The position numbers were made by a program, and so were the translations under genes. 64,000 bases of DNA from a virus (Duplodnaviria > Caudoviricetes), in the IMG/VR virus record IMGVR_UViG_3300024232_000009, positions 1 to 64,000 of that record, one strand, 5' to 3'. Under the pieces are notes generated by a model. That model did no database searches, was not told the DNA's origin, and saw nothing but the letters and a program-made list of their open reading frames with translations. Below, in pieces: positions 26,104-34,641 of this stretch; within the stretch, counting starts at the first letter, position 1, and every line of letters starts with the position of its first letter.

Positions 26104-28052
26104 GAGACATCGACCTCCGCATCGAGGATTGCCGTAACGAACGGATCAGACGATGACAATTCGAAAATTCGGTCCGCGCCACTAAAGCGGCGAGTGGCAC
26201 CCAGTCTATTCGCCTTCACGGTGAAATTGGTTTCTCCTTCACGGCCCACGGGGATAATCCTCTCATCACTGAATGTGTGACCGCCGTCATCACTCCACCG
26301 CAGGACCACCTGCGGCCTTGCATCCGGCACGATGCCCGCGCCGGTCTGCATGTCCACGCTCAACCAGTGGAACCGCACCGCCTGGTTCGTCGTCGCTGGG
26401 AGCGCCCGCCACCGGCGCAGCCAGCGTCTTTGCGTACCGTTGTCCGTCAGGGTCGCCGGATTGAAGGCATACAGGTTCCCATTCCGGTAATCGCCGAGGA
26501 CGCCGCGGCCAGCGGCGGCTGGCGTGAAGACGGTCGTGCTGGTGGACGAGCCAGGCGGGTTTGTCGCGGGATCACCAAGCGTTCCGCTTGAAATACTGAA
26601 TGGACCACCACGCCCATTGTTGACCGTGAACGTCGTCGCCGCACCGTCTCGGGTGAGAAAGAGCGGTGGCGTAACACCAAAGGGGTTTTCTCCGGTGACA
26701 CCCAAGAACCGTGCACCACCGGTCGCTGAAATGAAATTCCGCCGATTGGCCTCTACCGTGAGATCAACGAAATCACCGGTTTGGCCAAACCAGAGATCGG
26801 CCACAGTAGCGGTTTTGTCAGTCGGCGGCGGACCAGTCGGTGCGTCACCATCCCCCCAGATCAACGTCCCATCCGGCGAAATTCCCAATGCTTCGCCCTG
26901 AAAAAAATCTCCAAAGTCCGCGACGGTCGGTAGCTTGTGAATGACGTTCGCAGCGTCCCAATAGACCGGCCACTTTTGTGTAAAGCCATCCTCGAACGAC
27001 CATCCGCAAACGATCGTGCCATCATCGGACACCCCAGTCGCGGTTGACTCCCCACCGCCCGGAAGAGCGCCCAGGTTGGTCGCTGTCGTTCCATCCCAAC
27101 GGACTGCCCAGTTATCGCCGCCGGCATCCTGCATTTGGCCTACGGCAACTCCGGTTGGAACTCCAGCGGCAATTCCGTTTATACTTCCTGGCGGGCCGCC
27201 CGGAAACCGATCCAGGACATGGCAAACGCCGTAGAATGTAACGCCGTTATGCGCCGTCGTCGTTGTCAGGCTGTCCCAATAGCATGGTCCGATGTTGGGG
27301 TTGCCAGTAGGATTGTCGATCCCACCATAAATCAACCCGCCGCTCGGCGTTGTTCCTGTGGTGCAGACGCGAGCGAAAGACGAGACGCCATTACTCGTGC
27401 CAAACGGCAACCCCGGGAGAGGATAGCATGCCCCCCCATACCAGAAACAAGCGCCGTCGCCCCCGAAATAAGTGAACCCGGCGAAGCCAACAACCGTCGC
27501 GCCCGTCGAGTCGCACGATGATGCGCTGGTCGTCGAATCAACCGTGGCACCCGTTGGATCAGGCAATAGTGCGGGCGTACCATTGTCCCAGATCGTTGCT
27601 CGATTGATAAGTCCGGGGCCACCCGTGCTGGTGCCCACGACGTAACGTCCATTATCGGACATGGCCCGGTAATTAAACAGTGAACCGCCTAGTCCAGCGG
27701 CAACCTGGGTGCCCGAATATCCCGCGAACGGCAGCAATATGGTCCCGGTTGTTCCGCCACCGGTCCATCGGACCGGCTGCGCGGACATGAAATCGCTCCA
27801 ACCATAAATAATTGAACTATCTGTTGAAATGTTTATTGCTTGCGTATCGCCTCCAGGCGAAACGTCATCCAGCGCCGTGACGGCCGTACCTAACCACTTT
27901 ACCGCCTTTATGTTGCTGCCATTGTAAGACTGTCCGACGACATTGTTCGAAGTCTGAACGCCGCCGCGTGGCAGATTTGGATCGACATCGACCACCAGAG
28001 GATCAAGTTGACTGACCGAGAACGAGACCCATTTAAGCGCGACGATACTCAT
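26100..28052 (-). CDS. C-terminal part of split gp10 tail hub, preceded by a HAF-repeat beta-propeller and the second half of a LamG-like domain
   Basis: Start reassigned to ATG 28052 (ATGA overlap). Contains A..IS.DG..I.G repeats, ADLWFG...NPPGS, then GDYRNGNLY...DMQTG...PQVVLRWSDDGGHTFSDE...RIFELSSSDP (gp10 C-terminus). Confidence 0.8.
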   Translation of the reverse strand: MSIVALKWVSFSVSQLDPLVVDVDPNLPRGGVQTSNNVVGQSYNGSNIKAVKWLGTAVTALDDVSPGGDTQAINISTDSSIIYGWSDFMSAQPVRWTGGGTTGTILLPFAGYSGTQVAAGLGGSLFNYRAMSDNGRYVVGTSTGGPGLINRATIWDNGTPALLPDPTGATVDSTTSASSCDSTGATVVGFAGFTYFGGDGACFWYGGACYPLPGLPFGTSNGVSSFARVCTTGTTPSGGLIYGGIDNPTGNPNIGPCYWDSLTTTTAHNGVTFYGVCHVLDRFPGGPPGSINGIAAGVPTGVAVGQMQDAGGDNWAVRWDGTTATNLGALPGGGESTATGVSDDGTIVCGWSFEDGFTQKWPVYWDAANVIHKLPTVADFGDFFQGEALGISPDGTLIWGDGDAPTGPPPTDKTATVADLWFGQTGDFVDLTVEANRRNFISATGGARFLGVTGENPFGVTPPLFLTRDGAATTFTVNNGRGGPFSISSGTLGDPATNPPGSSTSTTVFTPAAAGRGVLGDYRNGNLYAFNPATLTDNGTQRRWLRRWRALPATTNQAVRFHWLSVDMQTGAGIVPDARPQVVLRWSDDGGHTFSDERIIPVGREGETNFTVKANRLGATRRFSGADRIFELSSSDPFVTAILDAEVDVS

Positions 28053-30334
28053 GTCACGACCTCGACTTTCCACGCATGGTCGGCGGCGGGCGCGATCGGA
28101 TTGCTCGACGACCACGTCAACGAGGCCGCCGTCAGTCGACTTTCGACCAGCAAGCCCGAGATTACAGTGTTGGCATACACCTCGATGTCCTGGTTCGCGG
28201 TGTCGATCGCCATCATCACGTTCACCCAAGTGGTCCAAGTGGCGAAATTGTATGTCGCCACCACGATCGGGTTCGCATCCCCATCCCATGCTGACACGGT
28301 GATTTGCGGCGTTCCCGTGCTATCGTTCTGAATGACGATTTCCATTCCGGGTGTCGCACCTGCGCCCTGGTTGCTGAAAATAAGCCCCGTCGCCGCAGCA
28401 TCCGACAAATCAAGCCAGACCGAAAACATCGCCGTCGAGAAGCTGATCGGCAGGCCATTCAATCCGGTCAGAGTGTCAAGTTCGGTCGGGTCGGTGATTT
28501 TGACCGCTTCGGGCGAATACGCGCTGTTGGTTTGCGCGAGCGTTCCGGAGCCACGCCACGGCGTCCAGGCATTCCCCCAATGGCGCTTGAATTCGCCATT
28601 GTCGAACGCGGCCAGACGGTGCCAGAGAGGATACCCGACCAAGGCAGAGGCGGTTTGATCGTACTCCCAGGTCTTGTCCGCTTCGGGGAAAGTCAGCACG
28701 TAGTATTCGTGGCCGCCTTCCTGTCTCGCGTAACCGATCGCATCGCCGAGATTGGGATATTTGTCGAATTCAGCAGTCATCGCCTGCGTCGAAATGGTCG
28801 TCACACGGTAGCCCTTGGCAGCGACCACGATGCCTTGGCCCTGATTGTTACGGGACAGCCAAACCAATTCCTCGCCGACCGTCGCCGGCGAGAACGGCGC
28901 CATGCAACCCGTCTCGATGTGGACGCTGGTGATCGGCGCGAATGGGAAATTCGGCAGCCCCTGATCCACCCAGACCTCGGTGTTGTCGGTTTTGAGGACG
29001 AACACCTCGTCATGGATGACATGGAGGCTGATCGTATTGTCCGGCGACTGGTTTGCCAGCCCAAAACTCAGCGCTGGCCACGTCGAAAGGTCCAGGGACT
29101 CGGATGCCGCCACATTCTGCTGCCCGAGGAACACAAGCACGCCGAAGCCATCGCTGATCCCGCCGACGATCGGGTTGGGGAACGGTAGATCGACCGGGAT
29201 GAGACCGACAAATGAACCAAATGACGGACTTGTCAGGGTTAGGCCGGAACCAGATCCAGAGGTGGCTCTCTGTGAAAAGAGCGTCGCCGGCGTGTCGATC
29301 GCCCCTGGCTGTGTGATCGTGAACGCGATCACCGATCCGGTTGGACCAACGCCAGTGACGAGATACGTGGCGTCGCCCGTGCCACCCGAGACGAACCCGG
29401 CCGCGCCGATGACGTAGCCGTGGCCGCCGTTCGCCAGAACAGACGCCGTGATCGGCCCCGCCGCTGTGATGTTCAGCGTGAAACCGACACCGAGGTTATT
29501 TTGGATCCCCGGAGCCGCCTGTGTGGAGGCCGTCGCCAGGGTGCTGTAGGCGGTCCCGCGGTTCAGCAGGACGAACGTGGTCACAACGCCACCGGAAACC
29601 CCTGTCACCCGGTAAACGGCATCCCGCGACCCGCTGGTGATAATCCCCGTGTCGCCGACCGCATACCCGGTCCCGCCCGCGCCCAGTGTCGCTGCGGTGA
29701 TGCCCGCGCCCGCCGCCGTCACATTGATGGTCAGACCGCTTCCGCCCCCCGGATGCGGTTGAATGGCTGTCGTCGCCACGCCGCTGGCGGTCGCATAGGT
29801 CGTGCCAGCGTTGGCCAGCGTATAGGTGGTGATCGGATTGTCCGCGATCGCAGTGATGGTGATGATCGGGTAGGAGGTCTGTACCCCGCTGTTCGCCTGC
29901 AGCGTGACGGTATCGTTGACCGCGTACAGGCCGCCATGGAGATTGATCGTGCCGCCAGTCAAAGGGTAACCGCCAGGGACGATCCACCCACCGACCCCAT
30001 CGACGATCATAAGCTGGCGGGTGTTCTGAAACATCGATACCGGCGTGTCCTGGTCGCCGATGGTCCCGCACAGCGTTTTCACCAACCCGGTGGTAACGCT
30101 CCACACCTCCTGGCCGGAAACGACGTAGAGCAAGTTGCCCAACGGCAGCACGCCCCGGATCGGCCCATCGCCGACCGTGACGACCAGATCGAGGCCGGAC
30201 GCGAGGAACAGGAACCCAGGGACTTTCCCGTCCTTGGTCTCGATCACCTCGGCGATGATGTTGATTGCTTCGTTATCGGCCGCGTTCGGGCTGCGCTGCG
30301 TCGAGAAGCCGCCAAGTATTGGGGACTTCGGCAT
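28049..30334 (-). CDS. N-terminal part of P22 gp10-like packaged-DNA stabilization protein with inserted repeats and first half of a LamG-like domain
   Basis: PILGGFSTQRS...GPIRG...; DNTEVW...FPF...IETGC...YARQEGGHEYYVLTFPEADKTWEYD...WH are gp10 motifs. The gp10 core stops at about 28550. Confidence 0.85.
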   Translation of the reverse strand: MPKSPILGGFSTQRSPNAADNEAINIIAEVIETKDGKVPGFLFLASGLDLVVTVGDGPIRGVLPLGNLLYVVSGQEVWSVTTGLVKTLCGTIGDQDTPVSMFQNTRQLMIVDGVGGWIVPGGYPLTGGTINLHGGLYAVNDTVTLQANSGVQTSYPIITITAIADNPITTYTLANAGTTYATASGVATTAIQPHPGGGSGLTINVTAAGAGITAATLGAGGTGYAVGDTGIITSGSRDAVYRVTGVSGGVVTTFVLLNRGTAYSTLATASTQAAPGIQNNLGVGFTLNITAAGPITASVLANGGHGYVIGAAGFVSGGTGDATYLVTGVGPTGSVIAFTITQPGAIDTPATLFSQRATSGSGSGLTLTSPSFGSFVGLIPVDLPFPNPIVGGISDGFGVLVFLGQQNVAASESLDLSTWPALSFGLANQSPDNTISLHVIHDEVFVLKTDNTEVWVDQGLPNFPFAPITSVHIETGCMAPFSPATVGEELVWLSRNNQGQGIVVAAKGYRVTTISTQAMTAEFDKYPNLGDAIGYARQEGGHEYYVLTFPEADKTWEYDQTASALVGYPLWHRLAAFDNGEFKRHWGNAWTPWRGSGTLAQTNSAYSPEAVKITDPTELDTLTGLNGLPISFSTAMFSVWLDLSDAAATGLIFSNQGAGATPGMEIVIQNDSTGTPQITVSAWDGDANPIVVATYNFATWTTWVNVMMAIDTANQDIEVYANTVISGLLVESRLTAASLTWSSSNPIAPAADHAWKVEVVT

Positions 30335-31083
30335 CAGTTACGCCCGGTCCCACGATCCGAGTAAATATTGTAGACCTGATTTCCTCGGCTCACGAGTTCC
30401 GGATCGAACACGGCCACCTGGGTGCGCATGTTATTACGTTTTACGATTCCCTTCGTCTCCTTCGCCTCCAGGATGACCAGCGGGTCCAGCGTACCGCTGA
30501 CAAAGTAGGGCTTGAGAGACAGGCACAGATTGGTGGTGACCGCGCGTTTGTAGCCGGGCGGCAGGCTGAACACCGTCGCCGCGCTCTGGAAATTGCCAAG
30601 CTGGTGGTAGGACAGAAACGAGCAGGTGTAGCCGACCGACGGCGTGGGCCACACATTGATGATGCCGAGCGGAAATTGCGGGTCGTAGAACAGATGGTCC
30701 GGCAGATCGGAGTTGGCGACCGCCGTGGTCTGGATGTTCCACGTAAGCTGATCGACCACGTCCATCAGGTAGCGGTTGAGGTTGTTGTCGAGCAGATAGG
30801 CCGAGCCCGGTGCATCGCTCACGCGCAACGGTCGCTCGCCGACGATGTCCGGATTCAGCGAGGCCGGTCCGATGGTGTATTGGAATTGCCCCGGAACGAG
30901 CGGGAAGGTCTGGGTGATCCAATCGAAGGTGGCGAGGCTTTCGTTCGACCACACATCCATCATGTCGTTTAGCGTTGACAGCGACCGGCTCAGATCGGCG
31001 GCGCTGATGGTGTCGCCTGGGCTGTAGATGCCCATCAGTTCGAGCGCGTCCTGAATGATATCTCGGGCGGTCACGACGGGCAT
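30334..31083 (-). CDS. Head-tail adaptor, P22 gp4-like
   Basis: TARDIIQDALELMGI...LSTLNDMMDVW...LPPGYKRAVTTNL; located between head genes and gp10. Confidence 0.8.
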   Translation of the reverse strand: MPVVTARDIIQDALELMGIYSPGDTISAADLSRSLSTLNDMMDVWSNESLATFDWITQTFPLVPGQFQYTIGPASLNPDIVGERPLRVSDAPGSAYLLDNNLNRYLMDVVDQLTWNIQTTAVANSDLPDHLFYDPQFPLGIINVWPTPSVGYTCSFLSYHQLGNFQSAATVFSLPPGYKRAVTTNLCLSLKPYFVSGTLDPLVILEAKETKGIVKRNNMRTQVAVFDPELVSRGNQVYNIYSDRGTGRN

Positions 31084-31109
31084 GGGCGGTATCCGGGCGA
31101 TGATGGAGC

Positions 31110-31132
31110 CGCCCGGCGAGGCGCGTGCCGGT
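31110..31132 (-). promoter_or_regulatory. Late-leader hairpin family copy (upstream of gp4)
   Basis: Plus strand CGCCCGGCGAGGCGCGTGCCGGT; compensatory C..G versus G..C pair relative to the 38993 copy. Confidence 0.65.
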
Positions 31133-31189
31133 CCGCAGGTGATAGATTAGCGAGTTGTCAGGCCGATTGGTAGCGGGTCAGCACTCAGT

Positions 31190-31993
31190 CTATTTCGCCG
31201 CCTCGCGCTCGGCCTTCTTGCGAGCCAGGGTGGCCAGCCGCTTCTGCTGGGGCGTTTGTTTCGGTTCGGTCGGTTCGCGGAATATCACCGGTGGCGGTTC
31301 AAGCTGCTGCACTGGGAAAACTTCCAGCATGTTGACCTCGGTATCGACCGCAGGTGCGGCCACCGGCATTTCCGAACTCGGCGAGGCGGGTTGCGGCGCA
31401 CCGCCTGTCAGCAGTGCGGCCAGTTGCGCGAAGCCGGCGCTCATTTTGTCTTCGATCCCGTCCAACCGCTTTTCCACGACATCGAGGCGCTTCTCCGCTT
31501 CGGACGGCGGCCGGAATTGTTCAGCGACGATGATGTCGGTTGTGGTGTTCTCTCCCGGCGCGGATGCCCCCGGGGGTTCGGTGCCCAGCGCAGCGGCTTC
31601 TTCCTCGGCCGAGTTGAACAGCTTGCCGTTGACCCATTTCGGATACTCGACCGGCTGATAGCTGTCCTTCACCGGCACCGCGGCGGCCACTGCCTTGGCG
31701 AACGCGGCAGGATCAGATTTGCCGAGTGGTCGGTAGCCATCCGCTGCGTGACGCGCCTCTGTATCGGCGTCATGCACCAGCACATCAGGATATCGGATTG
31801 GCTGGCTTCCCCTGTAAAGCAGTTGTCCGGTCGGCCTTCCGTTCTCATCCACAACCTTGATTTCCTTGTCCGGGATGCCCGGTTGAAACCCAGGGTGCCT
31901 CATGTGCAACGGATACCGCTGGTGTTCGGTCGCCGACCCGCCGGGACGAACGATGCCCTCGCCCGGCTTTTGCATCGTACGCTGGTCGATCAA
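31190..31993 (-). CDS. Hypothetical phage protein (267 aa)
   Basis: YPLHMRHP, YPDVLVHDA..E and YPKWVNG motifs with a short coiled coil; coupled to the upstream gene. Confidence 0.7.
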   Translation of the reverse strand: MIDQRTMQKPGEGIVRPGGSATEHQRYPLHMRHPGFQPGIPDKEIKVVDENGRPTGQLLYRGSQPIRYPDVLVHDADTEARHAADGYRPLGKSDPAAFAKAVAAAVPVKDSYQPVEYPKWVNGKLFNSAEEEAAALGTEPPGASAPGENTTTDIIVAEQFRPPSEAEKRLDVVEKRLDGIEDKMSAGFAQLAALLTGGAPQPASPSSEMPVAAPAVDTEVNMLEVFPVQQLEPPPVIFREPTEPKQTPQQKRLATLARKKAEREAAK

Positions 31994-32205
31994 GTCTTCC
32001 TCCTCATGACCTTGCCGAGAACCTCGCGCTCGGTCGCCGCATGCTTCTTCACGGCGTCCATGAGCTTGGGGTCTCGTTTGATCTCTTCGGCCCGTTTCAG
32101 GGTAGAGAGAGCTTCTCTCGCCTGCCAGTCGTGATCAGAGAATGTCGCCGGCACGGCGGCACCTACCGAGCGGGCTTTGTTGCCTTTCTTCGTCGACGAT
32201 TTCAT
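31990..32205 (-). CDS. Small basic phage protein (71 aa)
   Basis: Start reassigned to the ATGA overlap at 32205; DWQAREALSTLKRAEEIKRDPKLM. Confidence 0.7.
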   Translation of the reverse strand: MKSSTKKGNKARSVGAAVPATFSDHDWQAREALSTLKRAEEIKRDPKLMDAVKKHAATEREVLGKVMRRKT

Positions 32206-32642
32206 GTCGGTTGCTCCCGGTTCGCATTCCAAGGCTTGAAGGCCCGCATGGCATCCGCGGTCAACTCTGGCGCGGACCAATCACCCTTAAAGTGGATTGC
32301 CCGATCGTCAATCGTCAACCACGCAGCGGGCTTCTCGTGGGCGAACTCGATGCTGATGACGTTTTTACCGCTCAGAATGTCATCGGCACTATCCAGATCA
32401 TTTGCCTTCGCCCACTCGGCGTATCGCTCGTGCATCCATTCCTGCATGGCACGAAGGAGTTCTTCGGTCTTTGACCTAGACGAGTAAATGACAAGTTTGA
32501 ATTGCTTTTGTGTCTCCATAGCCCACTCGAAGAAGCCCGGGACGACAGAGCCGTAAATCTCACCGCCCTTCCAACCCTTCTCGTAGCTGTGAATAACACC
32601 GTCAAAATCGACGCAGAGCGTCGGTTTGAAGTCCGACATCAC
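32202..32642 (-). CDS. HAD-superfamily phosphatase
   Basis: LCVDFDGVIH (motif I), VIYSSR (motif II), EKP...IDDR (motifs III/IV). Confidence 0.85.
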   Translation of the reverse strand: MMSDFKPTLCVDFDGVIHSYEKGWKGGEIYGSVVPGFFEWAMETQKQFKLVIYSSRSKTEELLRAMQEWMHERYAEWAKANDLDSADDILSGKNVISIEFAHEKPAAWLTIDDRAIHFKGDWSAPELTADAMRAFKPWNANREQPT

Positions 32643-33445
32643 GCCGCCTCCTTCATCTTGGCCAGCGTCGCCCGGATGCTGTCACCGAACGTCGCTCCCC
32701 ATGCTTTCGAACCGCGGTGGGTGAACCTGATCTCCGGGTCCACCCAGACCTTCCCGCCCATTTCGCGCCACCGCTCAGTGAACCAGTAATCCTCGCCCCA
32801 CCAGCCGCCGATATCCGACGATACCACAAGGCCAAGCGACCGTCTCAGGTGCGCGATCGCTTCCTCCCGCGTGAGATCCTCCAGGTCGGTCTTGCGTAGT
32901 GCCTCCATGTCGGTGTCGACGTAGCGGGCTTCGAAGATGTTGAACTGGAGCAGTCGCTCCCCGTAGATGTCCGTCTCGTAGTACTTGCCGACCTTCTGCG
33001 CCATTTGTTCAAGGACATGCCGCTTGATCCGCATGAACCCGGTCGGCGCGAGTTGCGCGAGATAGAGCCCGTCTTTCTCGATCATTTGGCCATCGGGCGC
33101 CAGTTCGAGTGTCACGGGGAACGACAGCGCATCCTTCTTTTGCGGATACACGCCACAGATCACGTCCTCGGGACGCTGGAGCAGGCGCACAACCGCGTCA
33201 GGATCCCAACCGATATCGTCATCGAGCCAGAACAGGTCGGTCGCGTGCGGCGTGGACAGTAGGAACTGCGAGGCGATGCGGTTGCGCACCTTGCCAAGGT
33301 ACGGGTCGCCGGCGAGCAGGGTCATGCTGTAGCCAATACCGGCGTTGGCCAGCGCCGCCTGGGTTTCCATGATCGACAGAACGAACTCTCGCTCCGGTTT
33401 CCCCTGGAACGACGGCACGCCAAACACGACAAACTGGGGAGGCAT
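32639..33445 (-). CDS. GT-A fold glycosyltransferase-like protein
   Basis: VFGVPS...VRNRIASQFL...DLFWLDDDIGW...VICGVYPQK...PTGFMRIKRHVL...GEDYWFTERWREMGGKVWVDP...H.G. Confidence 0.85.
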   Translation of the reverse strand: MPPQFVVFGVPSFQGKPEREFVLSIMETQAALANAGIGYSMTLLAGDPYLGKVRNRIASQFLLSTPHATDLFWLDDDIGWDPDAVVRLLQRPEDVICGVYPQKKDALSFPVTLELAPDGQMIEKDGLYLAQLAPTGFMRIKRHVLEQMAQKVGKYYETDIYGERLLQFNIFEARYVDTDMEALRKTDLEDLTREEAIAHLRRSLGLVVSSDIGGWWGEDYWFTERWREMGGKVWVDPEIRFTHRGSKAWGATFGDSIRATLAKMKEAA

Positions 33446-34284
33446 CAGATGGTCCTTTCAGCTTCGAGGCGGGCCAGGAGAGCGATCGCATTCTCCTTCG
33501 CCGCGATGTAAGTTTCATCAGGCTCGCCGCCGGCACTCCACTGCGCCATCAGCGCATCCGCCCGCGCGAGGAACTGCCGGTCGCGCTCTTCGAAATGCGC
33601 CATGATCGGCGCGATGTCCCGCGGCGGAATACCGAGTTCGGCGGATACCCAGCGCGCCTCACGGACGCGGTCCGGCCTGGTCGCGGCGAATACCCCGATC
33701 CAAAAGGCCAGTTCCCGCATACGGGTGGTCTTGTCGGTGCGGGGGCCGGCGCACTTCGACGTGAGGGCGACGCGCGGGAAACCGTGCACCAGGGCATCGA
33801 CTTCCTCGACGGCGCTATCATCAAACCAGAACGGGAAGATCGCGGGGTTGGCGGGACCGGGGAGGGCAGCGCGCCATGCCGGTGGCAGGATATATTGCGC
33901 GGGACCGACCAGGTGAATGCTATCGAGCCACAAAACACGATTGGGGAACTGCATCACGCCAGAGGCGAGGTCATGATCCCAGTGCGGCGCGATGATCACG
34001 GACCGGTCCGTCCAAAGCAGGAATGCCGCCTCTTTGTCGGCCGCGGCGATCAGCCGGTTGTTGATCTCACCCAGGCCGAGCGGGCGCGGACCGAACGATG
34101 ATTTGACGTTCACGCCGCGCGCCAGCAACCGGGAGGCGATCTCCATTGTTTCCGTGTCGCCGTGATCATGGCCCACGATGTACTGGACCTCATGATGACC
34201 GCTGCGGGTCTTTTCGAGCGAGAGGATCGACGCGGCGAGATCAAGTGGACGCCCGCGCGAGGGCACGCCAACAGCGATTTTCAT
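33445..34284 (-). CDS. Second GT-A fold glycosyltransferase-like protein (degenerate DxD)
   Basis: IAVGVPSRGRP...IVGHD..D...INNRL...LLWTDRSVI...WD...FPFWFDDS. Confidence 0.65.
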   Translation of the reverse strand: MKIAVGVPSRGRPLDLAASILSLEKTRSGHHEVQYIVGHDHGDTETMEIASRLLARGVNVKSSFGPRPLGLGEINNRLIAAADKEAAFLLWTDRSVIIAPHWDHDLASGVMQFPNRVLWLDSIHLVGPAQYILPPAWRAALPGPANPAIFPFWFDDSAVEEVDALVHGFPRVALTSKCAGPRTDKTTRMRELAFWIGVFAATRPDRVREARWVSAELGIPPRDIAPIMAHFEERDRQFLARADALMAQWSAGGEPDETYIAAKENAIALLARLEAERTI

Positions 34285-34547
34285 CAGGCGTTTCCTTGGA
34301 CTGGCGTAAGAATTTGCCGGATACCGGAGGCGACATTCTGCGTGATCAGATTGAACGCATGAACTGGATCGGTCTGGCTCATGAAGCTGCTCAACAGGAC
34401 CGTGCCAAGGATGTCCGGAGTGTAGGCGCCTCCGACCTCATTCAGCATGAGTAAGATTTTTCCGGCGGTTTCCCTGACGATTTTTTCATGCTCAGGAGAT
34501 GGGGTTGCCCCAATTCTCCCCATGAACTCTATCGGTTCATCAGCCAA
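34284..34547 (-). CDS. Hypothetical protein (87 aa)
   Basis: TGATG coupling to the GT gene; helical composition. Confidence 0.65.
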   Translation of the reverse strand: MADEPIEFMGRIGATPSPEHEKIVRETAGKILLMLNEVGGAYTPDILGTVLLSSFMSQTDPVHAFNLITQNVASGIRQILTPVQGNA

Positions 34548-34558
34548 GGCGCTCTCTC

Positions 34559-34602
34559 CACCCGGCTATCAGCCGCCGGTAGGCACCCGGCTGGATGCCG
34601 GT
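34559..34602 (-). promoter_or_regulatory. Tandem pair of late-leader hairpins (upstream of GT cluster)
   Basis: Plus strand CACCCGGCTATCAGCCGCCGGT (34559-34580) and CACCCGGCTGGATGCCGGT (34584-34602). Confidence 0.6.
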
Positions 34603-34641
34603 GGGGGAAGTAACAACCCCCACCGTTACCCTGTCAAATGG

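Noticed and set aside
28053-28289. ORF-track N-terminal extension of the 729-aa ORF, and programmed frameshift fusion of the two gp10 halves
   Set aside because: The extension overlaps ORF1 and is not protein-like. No slippery heptamer precedes the ATGA junction, so coupling of two genes is preferred.
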